Positions 36,066 through 37,542 of a stretch of 37,542 nucleotides of DNA are shown here, piece by piece. This stretch comes from Planctomycetota bacterium (GTDB lineage Bacteria > Planctomycetota > PUPC01). Every line of letters begins with the position of its first letter. Positions within the stretch are counted from its first letter, which is position 1. The translations under genes and the position numbers were made by a program. The stretch spans positions 1-37,542 of the forward strand of contig PUPC01000128.1 in assembly GCA_003553185.1 (NCBI GenBank). Direction: 5' to 3'. Below the pieces are notes generated by a model that was not told where the DNA came from, ran no database searches, and saw nothing but the letters and a program-made list of their open reading frames with translations.

Positions 36066-36113
36066 CTGCTCCAATCTGTGGTATTTTTCGCCTTCCGGTC
36101 TTTCCAGACCGTC

Positions 36114-37523
36114 CTACCGCACACGGTGCATTTTGGTGAAGTTGGTCGCTCCCGTCAAGGGCCCCGCGCCGCCGACGATAACGACGACGTCGTCTTTTTC
36201 GGCCAGTCCGGACTCCTTGAGCCGCTCGTCGGCCCGTTCCACCAGTTCATCGGCGTCGTGTACCTCCTCGAGCATCAGCGGGATGATGCCCCACCGCAGG
36301 CGCAGCCGTCGCCGGACCTCCTCGGTTGTGGTGAATGCGATGATCCGGGTCGCCGGGCGGTGCTGGGCAACCAGCCGGGCGGTCTGGCCGGTCATCGTGA
36401 ACACGACGACGGCGGTCGCGTTGAGTTTGTCGGCGGCCGTACATGCCGCGTCGGCGACCGCCCCTGCGAACGACCCGTCGGGCTCGAGCGGCGGCCGGAA
36501 GTGGAATTCGCGCCGGATCGTCTCCGCTTCCCGGGCGATCCGGCCCATCGTCTCGACCGCCCTGGCCGGGCTGGTTCCGACCGATGTCTCGTCGGAGAGC
36601 ATCACGACGTCCGTCCCGTCGAGGATAGCGTTGGCCACGTCGGCGGCCTCGGCCCGGGTCGGGCTCGGGTTGTTGACCATGCTCTGGAGCATCTCGGTGG
36701 CGGTGATGACCAGTTTCCCGGCGGCGTTTGCCTGGGCGATGATCCGCTTCTGTACGCCGGGCACGGCCTCGTGGGATATCTCGACGGCCAGGTCGCCGCG
36801 TGCGACCATCACCCCGTCGGCCGCGGCCACGATGTCCTCGATGCGGTCCACCGCCTCGCCCCGCTCGATTTTCGCAATAATCGGGAGGTCGGCGCCCAGG
36901 TCGGCCAGCAGACTGCGGAGTTCTTCGATGTCCTGGGGCGAGCGCACAAACGACAGGGCGAGGTAGTCGGCCCCGAACTCGACCGCCAGCCGTGCGTCGT
37001 CCCGGTCTTTCTCCGTCAGGGTCGGCGTACTCAGGTCCACCCCGGGCAGGTTGATGCCTTTGCGGGTTTTGACCGTGCCCCCGGCCACCACGCGGCATCG
37101 GACTCGCCCCTCCTCGGTCGCGATGACCCGGAGTTCCACCATCCCGCCATCGATCAGGAGCCGATCGCCCGGCTTCACATCCTGAACGAGCCCGGGGTAG
37201 GTGGTGGGCAGAGCCGAGCTGTCGTCCTCGCCGCCCGCGATCAGGACCTCGTCGCCGTCGGCCAGTTGCACCGGTTCGTCCAGGTCCCCGATCCGGATGC
37301 GAGGGCCCTGCAGGTCGGCGAGCAGGGCGACCGGTGCGTCTTCGGTCTCCTCCCGGACGATCCCGGCCATCCGCCGGTGCCACTCGGGGTCGCCGTGCGA
37401 TAAATTGAGCCGGAACGCGTCCGCCCCGCGCTCGGCCAGGGTTCGGACCACGTCCCGCTCTTCCGAGGCCGGCCCCAGCGTGGCCAGGACCTTCGCTTTC
37501 GCCGCGCGTAACTGTGACCGCAT
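36114..37523 (-). CDS. pyk: pyruvate kinase, 469 aa
   Basis: Track ORF. KVLATLGPAS, FRLNLSHG, MVARGDLAVEI and ATEMLQSM are canonical pyruvate kinase blocks. AAGGAG lies 7 nt upstream of the ATG. Confidence 0.95.
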   Translation of the reverse strand: MRSQLRAAKAKVLATLGPASEERDVVRTLAERGADAFRLNLSHGDPEWHRRMAGIVREETEDAPVALLADLQGPRIRIGDLDEPVQLADGDEVLIAGGEDDSSALPTTYPGLVQDVKPGDRLLIDGGMVELRVIATEEGRVRCRVVAGGTVKTRKGINLPGVDLSTPTLTEKDRDDARLAVEFGADYLALSFVRSPQDIEELRSLLADLGADLPIIAKIERGEAVDRIEDIVAAADGVMVARGDLAVEISHEAVPGVQKRIIAQANAAGKLVITATEMLQSMVNNPSPTRAEAADVANAILDGTDVVMLSDETSVGTSPARAVETMGRIAREAETIRREFHFRPPLEPDGSFAGAVADAACTAADKLNATAVVVFTMTGQTARLVAQHRPATRIIAFTTTEEVRRRLRLRWGIIPLMLEEVHDADELVERADERLKESGLAEKDDVVVIVGGAGPLTGATNFTKMHRVR

Positions 37524-37542
37524 GTTCCGACTCCTTTATCCC

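Noticed and set aside
35184-37403. 739-aa ORF on the plus strand
   Set aside because: It spans the antisense of both pyruvate kinase and the sugar-phosphate isomerase, crossing their intergenic gap. It is a shadow ORF of a high-GC region.

Overview
High-GC bacterial chromosomal window, about 65-70% GC judged from a few hand-counted lines. It is densely packed with 27 credible protein genes. I found no rRNA, tRNA, CRISPR array, transposase, integrase, phage gene or recognisable defence or toxin-antitoxin module.

Gene order:
- Minus strand, 1-10790: GNAT (partial), nitroreductase, secreted alpha/beta-hydrolase-like protein, large secreted glycosidase-like protein, Kelch lipoprotein, HAMP-PP2C (SpoIIE) phosphatase, BNR/sialidase-like protein.
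- Plus strand: archaeal-type IMP cyclohydrolase (PurO-like).
- Minus strand: ribosomal protein S1 (rpsA) with a repetitive acidic tail.
- Plus strand, 14804-27336: secreted propeller/HEAT protein, class-I aminotransferase-like gene, two half-transporter ABC exporter genes, glutamate synthase large subunit (gltB), D-2-hydroxyacid dehydrogenase.
- Minus strand, 37523-27363: pyruvate kinase, sugar-phosphate isomerase/epimerase, truA, BcrAD/BadFG-type activase, HEAT-repeat protein, AstE/AspA-family deacylase, membrane-anchored hypothetical, ilvN-like ACT protein, ptb, buk.

The many secreted Kelch, BNR and HEAT proteins suggest a Planctomycetota-like genome; this is inference only. The long ORFs on the opposite strands of these genes are high-GC shadow ORFs.

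The window is mostly housekeeping and core metabolism, and I do not see a clear novel multi-gene system. The items most worth follow-up are:
1. An unannotatable structured RNA region (11902-12138): three tandem perfect hairpins, a 15-nt anti-16S-complementary Shine-Dalgarno, an 11-codon ORF and a textbook terminator.
2. A self-contained ilvN-ptb-buk operon that lacks an acetolactate synthase catalytic subunit.
3. An orphan radical-enzyme activase translationally coupled to truA.
4. An aminotransferase-like gene with substituted PLP-contact residues, co-transcribed with an asymmetric heterodimeric ABC exporter.
5. A low-GC islet carrying the SpoIIE-type phosphatase.

All family assignments come from motif recognition by eye. 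No database search was run.
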